Of a stretch of 64,000 nt of DNA, positions 1-13,970 are shown in pieces. Every line of letters starts with the position of its first letter. Positions within the stretch are counted from its first letter, which is position 1. Below the pieces are notes generated by a model. It made no database searches. It had not been told where the DNA came from and worked only from the letters and a program-made list of their open reading frames with translations. The DNA lies in assembly GCA_050613775.1 (NCBI GenBank), contig JBODTK010000103.1, positions 248,001-312,000 on the forward strand. Direction: 5' to 3'. Position numbers and translations under genes: made by a program. Source of the DNA: Neocallimastix sp. 'constans' (Eukaryota).

Positions 1-239
1 TTTTCCATAAAATCTTCTACCTCCTCTTCCACGACCACCACCATTATATCCATCTTTATTTGGATAGGGTTTATATGGCATTGGCTTTCTTATTGGATAA
101 TTCTTATAACCTTGAGGTTGGTTATAATAATTTTTATTTGGTGGTGGCATACCACGTTGTAATGGTTCATATTCCATACTATTTAAATCTGGTAAGGATG
201 GTTGTGCTCTACCATCATTTAATTTTTGACGTTTTCTTT

Positions 240-274
<35 letters not shown>

Positions 275-502
275 AAAAAAAAATATACATATATTTATTT
301 ATTAATAAAATTTTATAAATTAATGATTAAACTAATTAAATTATATAATAATAATAATAATAAAATAATAATAAAATAATAATAAAATAATAATAAAATA
401 ATAATAATAAAATATTACTTCTCATTTCCTTTTTCTTTCTTTTTATTCTTTAAATGTTTTTTATATTCTATTTCTTTTTCATCATCTGAAAATTCTATTT
501 CC

Positions 503-540
<38 letters not shown>

Positions 541-1686
541 TTTTGTTTTGTTTTGTTTAATATGATAAATAAGAAAAAAAAAATAATAATAATATTTAAA
601 AATTTTTTTTTTTTTTGTAGTTTAGTTTTTATATATGCTTTATATTTGTAAGTATATATTTTATGTATAATAATTATTAATATATATTACATCTTCTCCT
701 GGTTCCTCATCATATTGATTAGAAGCATCAGAACCTTTAATTAACTTAATTTGTTGGGTATATGATAATTTTGCTAATTCTGGATTGAAATAGATATTTG
801 TTCCAATTTTATATTTTTCTTTATCAATTTCACTAGCACTATTAAATCTAATTGAATATATTGGAAGTGAAACTGGACCAAGAGTTTCAAAGATCTTTAA
901 TTATAATTATAATTATGATTATTTATTTATTTGTATATTTGCATATTTATATTTTTTTTTAATTAATTTTGTGATATTGTTACGTAATTAATTTATATAA
1001 AGAAATATAATATATTTAATGAACATAAAAAAATATTTTTTAATATAATAAAAATTTTATAAAATGCATTGTTATATTAATAAGTATTACTTTTAATCAT
1101 CAAAATAAGGGGGAAAATACTTGTTTTATTTATAAAATTAAATTAACTTACTCTTCCAACAGGTGTTCTATCTGAAAATAATAAAATACTATCTTCATCT
1201 AATACTTGGTAATTCGCTGAAACTGTTGCTTGTACTAACACATATTCATCTACAATATTCTGTATTACACCTATTTTCGTAATTGGAAGATCTTTTGGAA
1301 TATCTATTGTTATAGGTTGAACTTTAGGTAATGACTAATTTTTTTATAATATATATATAATTGGTTTTAATATTATAATCAGTTTTTATTATCATTTTTA
1401 TTATTATTATTATTATTATTTATTTTTTTATTTATTTATTTCTAAATGAACAATATTTTGTAAATTTAAAAAGTCAATAATATAAAAAAATTTTTTTTAA
1501 AGCAACTTTTTATCTTTATATTTACAATAATTTCATGGGTAGAGTGTATTAAATTTATGGTATTTTCATCATTATCTTCATCTAAATCTTCATTATACTT
1601 ATCAATGATTTTTTTATGCTTTTCAACTTTTTCTTTTGTTAATACATCATCATCACTAGAAGAACTGAAATATATAAATTGATTTA

Positions 1687-1762
<76 letters not shown>

Positions 1763-2879
1763 TTAACTTTTTTTTTTTTTTTTTTTCATTTTATTTCATT
1801 ATGTTTTTAAAAAACAAAACAAAACAAAACAATATAATAAAACATAAAATAATGTTCAATAAATATCAAATTAAATTAAAAGTTAAATACCTATCATCAT
1901 CTGAACTATCTGTATCAAAATCACTACTATCACTGGAACTATCTGTATCGTCACTACTACTACTACTTTCATTATCTTCTTCTTCTTCTTCTTTATTTGT
2001 TTTTTCTTTTTCAGTTTCAACATTAATTTCAGTTTTAATATCAGTTTCAGTTTTAATATCATTATTCATTTCGTTTGAAGATCCTTTTTCTTCGTTGTTT
2101 TCTATATTATCTTTATTTTCATTTTCAATACTTTCTTTTTCTTTAACATCATTAATGGAATCTTTTGAAATGGTTTCAATATCATTTGAAATAGATTCTG
2201 AATCATTTAATATATTATTTTCAGTTTCATTAGTAGATCCCTCATCAATATTTAATTTAACATTATTTGACGTATCATTACTTATAGAATTACTTTCATT
2301 TGGTTCATTCTCAAGATTACTTTTTAATTTTGTTTCATTTGCTTTACTATCTGTACTTGAAATATCATTTTCCTTTTCTATATTTTTAATGGTATCTTTT
2401 GTTAATTTAATATCTTTTAATATTGCTTCTTGAATTGGATTGCCAATTGATTCATTGGATTGAATATTATCACTTTCATTATTAATCTCTTGTTCTTTAA
2501 TTAAGTTATTAATTGATTCATCATTAATATTATCATCTTTTTCTTTTATTAAATTATTGATTGAAACATCATTAATATTATTATCTTTTTCCTTTGAAAT
2601 TTCATCTCCTATAGTAACATTTACTATTTCATTAATATCATTTTCAATTTCTTTAAGACTTTCCTTAATGAAATCAATTTCATTTGATTCCACGTTTTCA
2701 TTCTTATCAATGTTTTTATTATCAATAGAACTGCTTACATCAATATTTTGGTCAATTGAAATTTGACTAGTCTCTATATTTTTAGCTATGTCTTCGCCTG
2801 AAAAATTATTATTATCAATTGAATTACTTTCAGTTACTGTACATTCTTTTAAATTAGAATTTTCATTGTCATTTTCCAT
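1..2879 (-). CDS. NAF1: H/ACA RNP assembly factor Naf1 (Gar1/Naf1 domain); 3' end lies beyond the left edge of the window
   Basis: Exons 2879-1891, 1664-1526, 1334-1152, 894-691, 501-419 and 235-<1, all GT-AG and in frame. A long acidic/Asn N-terminus is followed by SLPKVQPITIDIP..IGVIQNIVDEYVLVQA..VLDEDSILLFSDRTPVGRIFETLGPVSLPIYSIRF and the Naf1-typical KGSDASNQYDEEPGEDEIEFSDDEKE, then a Pro/Tyr-rich and RGG tail. Confidence 0.9.
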
Positions 2880-3215
2880 TTTTATTTTCTTATATATATA
2901 TATATTAATATAAATATATATCTAAATTTATATACTAAAGAACACTTTTTTTTAAAAAAAAAAACAAAAATAATAAATTTGAAATTTGAAATTAAAATTT
3001 GAAATTAAAATTTTTAAATAAAAAAGATGTATATTAATAGATATTTTGAAATTATATATTGTTACTACTGTGTTTATTGTTATTAATATTATTATGTACT
3101 CTTAAGATATAAACTAAACTAAATTAATAAAAATAATTATAATAATCAAATTACAACATTCATTTATTATTTTTAAAAATATTAAAATTTAATTAAAATT
3201 TTAAATATAATTAAT

Positions 3216-3270
<55 letters not shown>

Positions 3271-3865
3271 TATTAAAATAAATCTATAACAATGATTGGA
3301 TATATTTCATTAAAAATAATTTGTGTCAAAATAATTTTAAGAAAACGAAAATGTTTAATAAATTTTTAAATATAATTAATTTCTAATAAAATATTATGTA
3401 AAGTTCATTAAATAAATAAATTAAAATATATTAATGGATAAGCCACATTATATATATAATTGTGTATAAAAAAATAAGGACTTTTAACTCTTTCAAAAAA
3501 ATTTATTTAGTATGACAATATTCATAAAAAAAAATAAAAAAAGTAATGTTTTTATTATTCCCGTTGATGACTGATTGAATTGCTTAGTCTAAAATAATTA
3601 AAAAATTCTTACTCATAATAAGATAAAACATAGACCATTATAATTCAAAACCTGAAATAAATTACTCTAAATAATAATAATTTGAATTTAAAAATTTAAA
3701 TTCAGAAAATAATGATAATAATAATAATATTTACATAAGTAATTTAAATTGCTTTAATTTTCTTAAATAATATAAATTAACAAATTCAAATATTTTATTT
3801 CCTCATATATAAATAATTATTTTAATTTCACTCAGTATAAAAAAATAAAATATTCTTATATAAAA

Positions 3866-4951
3866 ATGAAATTTAATAAAATGTATCTATTTTCTATTTA
3901 TTTTTTTATTATTGGCTTGTTTAACCATTTTGTCTTTGTGAAGGCAAATATTAATATCTATAGTCTATGTAAAAATGATATTGAAGGTCTTTGTTTACCA
4001 ACAGAAGTTTGCAGTACAAAAGGTGGTGCATATATTTCAGGAGTATGCTCAGGAGATAATGATATCAAATGTTGTCAAAATCTTCCTACACCTGACTTTA
4101 TAAAAGGTATAGATATTTCATTTTGGCAAAATGAAATAGATTATAATAAAGTTGAAGAAGCGGGTATTGAATTTGTTATCATGCGTGCCATGGGCAGTAG
4201 AGTAGATGTAAACACCGGTAGTAGAATTGACACACAATTTGAAAATAATTATTCTAAAGTCATGAATACAAAACTTAAAAAGGGTGCCTATGTATATAGT
4301 TTAGCCACTAATAAAGCTGAAATGAAAAAAGAAATTGATGAATTATTAGAGATTATTAATGGTAAATCATTCGAACTTCCAATTTACATTGATATTGAAG
4401 AGGAATCTCAATTTGTTATGAGCAAAAAAGAATTGACAGAAATGATAATATACGGTTGTGATCTCATTAAAGAAAAGAAATATAATGCAGGAATTTATAT
4501 AGGATGTCTTAAAGTGGAAGAAAAAGTAATAGATGTTGATTTAATAAAAGAAAGAGGCAATGAAATTTGGTGTGCAAGATATCATTATGATCCAAGTAAA
4601 CATGATTTTTCTGATTTAGCTACAGTATTTCAATATACTAATGAAGGTACGGTTGATGGAATTGAGGGAAATGTTGATTTAGATGTTCGTTATACTTTAA
4701 ATATTAATGAAAATGCAAATAAAGAAAATTGTAATTGTTCAGAAAGCTTTCCCAATAATACAACTACAGAAAATAATGAAGCATGTGATTGTGGTAGTGA
4801 TAGCACAAATAATAAAAATGACTATAACAGTAATTCAAACACGGATAATGGAAATATTTCTGATAATAAATCCAATACTAATAGATTCAATAGTTCCAAA
4901 TATTTTATTTTCATAAGTATATTCTTTATAATAATATCAGCATTGATTTGA
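3866..4951 (+). CDS. Secreted GH25 lysozyme/muramidase with N-terminal 6-Cys module and C-terminal hydrophobic (GPI-like) tail
   Basis: Single-exon 361-aa ORF: signal peptide, Cys module, GH25 motifs KGIDISFWQ, FVIMRA, GAYVYS, PIYIDIEE (DxE) and QYTNEGTVDGIEGNVDLD, then an Asn/Ser/Thr stalk and hydrophobic end. Confidence 0.9.
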   Translation: MKFNKMYLFSIYFFIIGLFNHFVFVKANINIYSLCKNDIEGLCLPTEVCSTKGGAYISGVCSGDNDIKCCQNLPTPDFIKGIDISFWQNEIDYNKVEEAGIEFVIMRAMGSRVDVNTGSRIDTQFENNYSKVMNTKLKKGAYVYSLATNKAEMKKEIDELLEIINGKSFELPIYIDIEEESQFVMSKKELTEMIIYGCDLIKEKKYNAGIYIGCLKVEEKVIDVDLIKERGNEIWCARYHYDPSKHDFSDLATVFQYTNEGTVDGIEGNVDLDVRYTLNINENANKENCNCSESFPNNTTTENNEACDCGSDSTNNKNDYNSNSNTDNGNISDNKSNTNRFNSSKYFIFISIFFIIISALI

Positions 4952-5619
4952 TAAATACATAGCATATATTAGAATTTACTATATTTGTCAACATTATAAA
5001 GAATCTAATCATTACATCAAATATTCAAAAAAAAAAAAAAAAAAAATAACATATAGTTAAAAGTTTTCCATTAACCTTTATAAATACGAAAAGTATTAAT
5101 ATTAATGAAAAAAAAAGAAAAAAAAAAAAGTAATATTACTACAATTTTAAAACATAATTAATAACATTAACAAATAATTAACTTTGATTAATTAAGATTA
5201 AAAAAAAAACTACATATAATGAAAAGTGTTAATGAACTTTTCAAACTTAAAATTTTTAATAATTGTATAATATTGACCAAAAATATGCTATAATATATTG
5301 TTAAACTTTGAATTATAAATATCAAATACATTTTATTTATCAGAGTTTACCCGAATATACTTAATAGTTACTATTCAACAACAAAGCTGATAATTCGAAG
5401 AAGGATATCAATATAAATACATTCATAAATTAGTCTTGGTTTAATCTAGCGTGAAATGGGTTTCACTAAAGGTAATAATAATGATAGATAGTTTATGATC
5501 TTCATTTAATTGAAAGAGTTACATCAATAATGAAATATAATACCTTCATAAGAAAGGTTCCATTACAGCTATGATAACTTCAATTTATTATATAAATGTT
5601 TTGCAAACACTTAAAAATA

Positions 5620-5650
<31 letters not shown>

Positions 5651-6326
5651 TTTTTCAAAATAACCGGGTTTAGGAAAGGAAAACGTTAAAATATGTTAAA
5701 CATATATATAACCCGTTTCAAATATATTTAAACATATCATATATAAATTAATGAATAAATCATATTACAAAGATATAAAAATATGTAATTTGTACTAAAA
5801 TTATATTAAATGGATTAATAAATATATATATATATATTTATTTAAATTTTTTAATTAAAATTATTATATATATATAATTTTTTTCTTTTTCTTTGATTAA
5901 AATTTAATTAATTTTTTAATTAAAACTATTATATATATATATATTATATATACATATATATATATATACATATATATTTTTTTTATTTATTTATTTATTT
6001 TTTCATTTTTCATTTTTCTTTGATTAAAATTATAATAAAAAATCAGCTAAAAGATGAGAAAAGTAAATAATCATAGTAAAGAAAAATAAATATATATTAA
6101 AAAGCTATTTAAATATTTAGTCTTATAAATAAATAAATATAATATAATAAATATGAATATATTTTAAATGAAAAAATTGAAATTTTATTAAAATGTAAAA
6201 TATATTAAATATATATAGTATATTTAATACTATATACCGAAACGGTATGGTGAAGAATTCAATCAGAGTCTGATACATTAATGGGAGAGACTAGAGCTCC
6301 TATTATCCTCCCCTCTTGTTAATTCC

Positions 6327-6343
<17 letters not shown>

Positions 6344-6357
<14 letters not shown>

Positions 6358-6425
6358 GGAAATATGAATAAAAAATTAATATATACATATTAATTTTTTA
6401 TTCATATTTCCTTTTTTTTTTTTTT
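6344..6425. repeat. 82-bp near-perfect palindrome
   Basis: A14-GGAAATATGAATAAAAAATTAATAT / ATATTAATTTTTTATTCATATTTCC-T14 around a 4-nt centre. Confidence 0.85.
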
Positions 6426-8487
6426 ATTTTCGATAATATATTTTTATTTTTTAAAAAATATATTCAAATTTTGTTATTTTTTTTTATGAAGTATATAATA
6501 TATTGACTATATCAATAAATAACTTTAAATAGTACTATTTAATCTATTTAATAATCAGTAATCATATAGATATCAATATAGTTCTATTAACTCTTTATTA
6601 ATTATAAATAAAAAATGTTATAAATTGAAACATAAAATAAAATATTAGTATATTAAATAATAATATATTGATATCTTGATATTTCGCAATTCATTTATAA
6701 TCATTTAATAATTTCATTGACAATATGAAAAATACAGTGCATCATTTCATTAAATTACTTTTATAAAATAAACATACCTATATTTCCATAATAATACCTA
6801 TATAAAAAAATAAATAAATATATAAATTTGTAATATTTATTTTTAATTATTTCAATGTAAAAGTAGTATAAAAAAATGTCTTCACAAGTTTTCTAATTCT
6901 TTACTTAGGTTTTCTGCGGAAGCCACACCACCTAAATTTTATTTAATAAAATTAACAATATTTATAGAAAAATATTTATTATGTATATAAAATATATAAT
7001 AATAATAATTATATAAGTAAATATATTAAGACTACTATTTTTAGAAAAAAAGTTTTTTATTTAATAAATCATTTTTATTTATTTATGATTTTTTTTTTAT
7101 AATTGTTACTGACTGATAGTTAGTTAAAATATTTTATCCTTTTGATATTATTATTATTTATTATTTATTATTATTATTTATATCTATTATTATTTTTTAT
7201 TATTACTTATTACTATTATTATTTATTATTATTTATTATTATTTATTATTATTTATTATTTATTATTATTATTATTATTATTTATTATTATTTATTATTA
7301 TTTATTATTATTTATTATTATTTATTATTATTTATTATTGATAATTATTGAATAAATTTAATAACTCAATAATTAGGTTAGTTTAAAAGTATTATGCTTT
7401 TTATGCTTTTTTTTTTTATCCTATATTTAAAATTTATATATGTATAAATTTTTTTTAGACAATAGAAATTAAATAATATAATTACTTTAACCCTCCTTTT
7501 TTCCACATTCTTCCGCATTATAATGGAAAAATGATAAGAGATAAAAATTTAATAAAATTATAATTCATTATTCCATATTTTTTTTGAGATTTTAATTTTT
7601 TATTTCAATGATTTTTTATTATTTAATAATGATTATTTTTATTAAAAATATATTTAATAATTTAAGAATTAGTAATAATATTTTTAGATTAGTAATGAAA
7701 TTTATGAATTAGTAATAATTATTAAAAATTTAATATAACATTAAGAAAAAAAAAATATTCCGATTTCCATATAGTATATCCCCAAAAAACTACAGAAGAA
7801 TCATGTTATTTTTATTTTTATTTTTTTTAATAATAACTACCACAAAAATTAATATAAAAAATATATAGATATATAGTTTGTAATAAAAAAAATTTTGTGT
7901 AAATGATATTGGTTACACCATAATTTAATAATAAGCACCAATATATATTGTTGTTTTAATATATTTTTTATATCTTATATAATTAACTTTTTTATTTGAT
8001 TATTTAATTATTATTTCATACTTATATTATTTATTTATTCCACAAATTTTAAAATTTAATTAAAATTTAACCATTCATTAATTAATTATTTTTTTATTTA
8101 TTTCATTATTTATTAACTAATTTAATATTATTAAAAATTTTTATTAATTTTAAATAAAAATAAAGATAATATTCACATATGTTGAATTTATTTAATATTT
8201 TTAATAATCATATAAAAAAAATTAAAATATAATTAATAATAAAAAATTAAAATAAAATATAAAATATAATAAAATAATAAAAATGATCATTTTTTTTATT
8301 ATTAATATTAATTTTGCTATTTTATTCTTTATAAAATAAAAACAACTGTTATTTTTTTCTTTTAAAAGCATTATGATTCTATTCAATTAAAATAATTATG
8401 AATCGAAATAAAAAAGTTCTTAAAATATATTTTTTGTAAAAATTTAAATATAATAATAATAGTTAAAAAATAACAAAAATAAAAAAA

Positions 8488-8664
8488 ATGATATATAAAT
8501 AAAATAAAATAAAATAAAATAAAATAAAATAAAATAAAATAAAATAAAATAAAATAAAATAAAATAAAATAAAATAAAATAAAATAAAATAAAATAAAAT
8601 AAAATAAAATAAAATAAAATGAAATAAAATGAAATAAAATAAAATAAAATAAAATAAAATAAAA
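8488..8664. repeat. (AAAAT)n microsatellite
   Basis: Direct reading; it produces the spurious FILFY ORF. Confidence 0.95.
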
Positions 8665-11343
8665 TATGATTAAACATCTTATTAATAATTATAATAATTA
8701 TTAATTTATATTGATTATATTATGAAAATTAGTAGATTAATATTTAATATGTATATTCATTATTAATATTACAATAGATATAAAAAACATCAGGAACCAT
8801 GAATTGTATATTCGATAAAATAAAAATGTCAAAACTAAATTGAATGTGATTTTAATTCAGCCGAAAAATTTATGTTTAATTAATAATGAATTTTTTAACT
8901 TTAGCCAATATTTTTAATTATAATTTAACTACAAGTTATTTATTTTAAATAATAATTATTACGCTATTATTATTATTATTATATTTATTTATTCATTTTA
9001 TTATTATTTAGAGTATGTCTTTTTATATATCATTTTAACATAAAAAGTATTTTTTTATCCTTTGCATATATTCATATTTATTATTCGATATGTATTTCAA
9101 TGTTTTGTTTTGAATATTGAGTCTTCCTTTTAATGGTTAAAAGAAATTAGAAAAAAAAATATATATCATATTAATTAAAATTTTAATTTTAATTATATCT
9201 TTCCTATTTTTTTTTTTTATTTATCCTATATTTTAAATCATGTTTAGATGATAAATATAAAAATTTTAAAATATAATGAAATTATTTATTAATAATATAA
9301 AGTATATATTACAATATTTATATTAAATATTTTATTACATAAAATTTTAATGATTATAATTAAATTTTATCACTGTTTAAAAATATTAATATTAAATAAT
9401 AAATAAATAACATATATATTAAAATAATTTATTTTTAAAGTCAATGTACACATTATAAGCATATTCGTTTATTAATTATTTTATTTATAATCTCTTGTTA
9501 TTTTTTTTATTGTTTTATTTTTTATGAAATTTAATATAAAAATTTGATAAGTGTAATAACATTTTATTTTTTATTTTTTTTATATTGAATTAAACTAATA
9601 ATAATTGAGAGAAAAGAGATTCTAAAGATTTGTTATAAAAAAAGATTTTAATTAAAATAAGAAAAATAGATAATAATAAATAAAAATAAAAATTCAATTA
9701 ATATATTATATTTCCCTTTATTTATCTAAGGATTATATTATTATATATGTATTATTAAAATGTTAAATTTTTAATATATATTATATGGAAAATAATTTAT
9801 ATTTTGGCAATTTAAACTTTATAATATATATTATTTTTATTTAATTTTTATATGATTATATTTAACAATTTTTAAATATTTTCATTGCTTATTTTCTATA
9901 TACATAATATATGTATGCTTTATTTTTTATATGTTTTAATATTTATTTTTTTTCCTATTTTAAATTCATCTTTTTTTTTTTTTTTTTAAAGTAACTTTTT
10001 TTTCTTTGTTTATCCTTGTTATATTGATATATATATCTTGTTTAAAGTTTAAATAAATAATTTAAAAAATAATTTTGTTATAGTTTGAATAAATAATTAA
10101 TTTTTTTTAAATAAATAATTTTTTTTTAAAAAAAAAAATAAAATACAAAATAATAAAAATTAAAAAGTTATTAAAAATATAATAATAATTTGTTAGATTT
10201 CAAAATATGAAAACAATAATTAACTTTTAAATATTAAAGTTTGATTAGTATTCTATGAAAATAGTAATAATTAAAGTTTATTTATTTTAATAAATTTTAA
10301 TTTCATATGCAAATTTTAATAAATTAAATTAACTAATGTTTGTAAATATGTAAATATTTTTTTAATAATTAATATATATGGTGAAATTTATTAAAATTTT
10401 ACAGTAATTATTCTTAATATAATTTCAAATCTTAATTATAATTAAAAGTCCTTTTAATAATAATAAAATATTAGATAATAAAAAAAAAAAAAAGAAATAA
10501 AAAAAAAAAAAAAAAAACTTTTTGTATTTAAAATAATATTAAATTATTAATTTCTGAACAATAATACTTTTTAATTAAATTTAATCTATGTTATATAAAA
10601 AACTTGTTATTAGGTTTAGTATTATTATATCATAATTTATTTTATAAAGTATTATAATTTTATAGATTTATTATTTTAATTTTATTAAAATAAATACATA
10701 TATATTATTTAAAATAAAATTTAAACTCTATTTGTATTGAAAAGTAAAATATTAATTAAATCTTAGCATAATTATTAATGTATTTCTAATTAATGTAATT
10801 AATGTAAAGTTGGTATTTTTTTAAATAAAAATTTATATATAAATAAACAGTTTTATCATCAAAAAAATTTTTTTTTTGATTTAAATATCAAATAATATAT
10901 TGATATAATTAATATATTAAAATATAAAAATAAAAATTAATAGTTAATAATTTAAATAGTATTTTTTTTTTTTTTTAAATTTTTGTATTCACACTTTTAT
11001 TATCATACCAATTGTTATTGTTTTTATTTTTTTTTCTTTTTTGTAAAAAAGAAAAAAATAAAACAAAAAAAGTTAAATATATATATAAATTAAAGTTAAT
11101 TTTTTCTCAGAAAAAATATAATAAAATAAAAAATAGTTATAAATTTTATTTCTTTAATATATATTACTTTTATTAGAACACGATATTAATATTTACGCTT
11201 TATAAGAGTTTAATATAAAAACACTGTATTTTAAATATAGTTATACCCAATTGAATTTATTTGTAGAACATATATAAAAACGTAATTTTTTTTAAATATA
11301 ATCAAATATTTACATAAAAACATTAATTAAAAATAAAATAAAA

Positions 11344-12065
11344 ATGTCGGAAATTGAAATTTCAAGTGATTCAACTTATACATACGTCGTCAATATAGAC
11401 GAAGATTATATGGAAACAAGTAAATTAATTGATAGTAATAACGGTAATGACTATGACACTATTAATAAATCATATTTTGAACAGCCTTCTTTAGAGAATT
11501 ATATGCCAAGTTTTGGACATGTACATTATAGGTAAGAATAAATAAGAAATTTCATATATTAATCTAATTTAATATATTATTAAATGAATTTCATTTGAAA
11601 TGTGATTTCATGAAATTAAAAAAAAAAAGAAATAGTTTTAATTTTTTTTTTTTTTAAAAAAAAATAGAGAGTAGTGCATAATTATATTTTAAAAGATACA
11701 ATAAATAAATAAATAAACAAAAATAAAAAAAAAAATTTCAGTAAATATATAATTAAGAAAAGTTAATATTAAATTTAAATATAAAAATTTGTGGGGAAAC
11801 CAATAATTAGATTTTTTATTTATAAAAAAAAAATTTTTTTTTTTTTATAAACACGTTATAAAAACACTTATAGAAAAAAACATTGAAAATATATATCTAT
11901 ATATATTTAAAATATAGTAAAAAAGTGATATTTAAAAATAAGAATTAACTTGAAATTTCATTTTAAAATTTCATGAAATTCATTTTTATATTAAATTTTA
12001 TATAATTTTAATTCAAAATAAATTTTTAAAATGAAATGGAATTTATAATAATATAAATAAAAATG

Positions 12066-12108
<43 letters not shown>

Positions 12109-12453
12109 CAGTAAGTTTATTTTTAAGAAAATTCAATATTAAGTTTAATTATAAAAATTTGTGGGGAAATTTATAATTAGTATACTTTTTAAAAAATAAA
12201 ATTTTTTTAATAGAAACATTATAAAGCACTAATATAATAAAAATCTGAAAATACAATTTTTTTTTTTAAAAAAGTAAAAAAAGTGATATTTAAAAATAAG
12301 AAATATCTTGAAATTTCATTTTAAAATTTCATGAAATTCATAATAAATATTTAAAATGAATTTTATAATATTATCATTAAAATACTATAGAACAAATTAT
12401 TTTATAAAATTTTATGTTTTTGTAATAATTTATCATTAATAAGTACTTTTTAT

Positions 12454-12486
<33 letters not shown>

Positions 12487-13970
12487 GAAAAATAAAATAG
12501 TCAAAGAGCTCCATGGCTGAGAGCAGCTATTCTTGGTTTAAATGATGGATTAGTTTCAACCTCTTCTACAATGCTTGGTGTTGGTGGAGGAAGTAATAAT
12601 AATGGTGCTATGTTTATAGCTGGTGTTGCAGCTTTAGTTGCTGGTTCTTTAGCTATGGCATGTGGTAATTATAATAAAAAATTATATATTATTTTTAAAA
12701 ATAACTTTTTTTTTTTTTAATTTTACAAATTTTCTAGTTATTAAAGTAATATCTTGAAAATTATTAAATAAAATTTTAATTTAAGTTTTTTTTTTTTTTT
12801 TTTTTTAAAAAAAAAGAAATATAAATTTAATTAGATATAATATATTAATATATATTAATATATCAATTAATATATTATTTATATATTATAATATATAATA
12901 TAATATAATATAATATGATATTTTGATATTGTATTAATATATAAACTAATATAATATTAATATAGTATTAATATATTATGAATATATATTATAATAAAAT
13001 ACAATTTTTTTTTATTTTTTTAAATTTAGTATTAAGATAAACAAAATTATTAATTAATATATATAAAATTTTATATATTATAGGTGAATATGTTTCTGTA
13101 TCATCACAAAAAGATGCTGAAGAAGCTGATTTAGCTAAAGAACGTGAAGAACATTTAAAAGGACCTTTAGTATGTTTATATTAATAAAATATTTTTATAT
13201 AATAAATTATAAAAAATTCAAAAAAAGGAAAGAAATGAAAAAAAAAATTATTGAATATTAATATTAATATTTATTTAATTATTTATTAATAGCATAGACA
13301 AAAGGAATTTGAAGAATTACGTGATATTTATATTAAAAAAGGTTTAACCCCTAAATTGGCGACTGAAGTTGCTCAACAATTAACTACAGATGATATAGAA
13401 GAGGTTGTAAAAATTCATGCAAGAGATGAACTTGGTATAGATGTTAATGCATTAGCTAATCCTTTACAGGCTGGTATTGTTTCTGCTTTTACATTCTTTT
13501 CAGGTGGTATTGTTCCTTTCTTATGTAAGTATTTTATAAAACATTACAAAGAAATTAAGGTTTCGATTTAATTTTAAAACAATTCTAATAAAATTTTTTT
13601 TTATTAAATAATTTTTTTGGTTATTATAATTTTTTTTTTTAATAATTAGCATGTTCATTCATAGATGATTTTAATTTAAGAGTTAGTGTTCTTTTTGTAG
13701 TATCATTATCATTATTAGTCTTGTTTGGGGCAATTGGTGCAATATTAGGTGGTGCTCCCATATTTAAGGTACGTTTTAAATTTTTTATATATTAAAAAAA
13801 AAAAAAAAAAAACATTTATTAATATTAAAATTAATACTTAATTGGTCAATTTATTTACTAAAAATTTTTATATTATTGTTTAGGCTTCTTTAAGAGTTTT
13901 AATTGGTGGTGTTATCGCTATGGCTGGATCATTCGGCATTGGTAAACTTTTCAATGTTGACATACCATAA
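11344..13970 (+). CDS. VIT1/CCC1 family vacuolar Fe2+/Mn2+ transporter (~291 aa)
   Basis: Exons 11344-11531, 12501-12664, 13084-13169, 13293-13524, 13650-13768 and 13884-13970 (876 nt). Motifs HYSQRAPWLRAAILGLNDGLVS, AGSLAMACGEYVSVSSQKDAE, HARDELGID..NPLQAGIVSAFTFFSGGIVP and RVLIGG. Confidence 0.92.
11735..12345. repeat. Diverged direct duplication (~250-bp unit, ~360-370-bp period) within VIT intron 1
   Basis: Shared blocks TTCAGTAA (11737/12107), TTTGTGGGGAA (11788/12158) and AAAAAAGTGATATTTAAAAATAAGAA..CTTGAAATTTCATTTTAAAATTTCATGAAATTCAT. Confidence 0.8.

Noticed and set aside
1801..2766. Plus-strand ORFs 1801-2433 and 2557-2766
   Set aside because: Antisense shadows of the acidic NAF1 exon.
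3565..3655. TGATGA..CTGA pair resembling a C/D snoRNA
   Set aside because: No terminal stem and no rRNA complement that I recognise upstream of the D box.
5340..5600. Slightly GC-elevated stretch, possible gene relic
   Set aside because: Stops in the frames examined and no recognisable motif.
7142..8677. I/Y/L/F-rich short ORFs (also 30886, 38733, 38973, 42530, 44252, 63586)
   Set aside because: Products of AT microsatellites and homopolymers with no coding signal.
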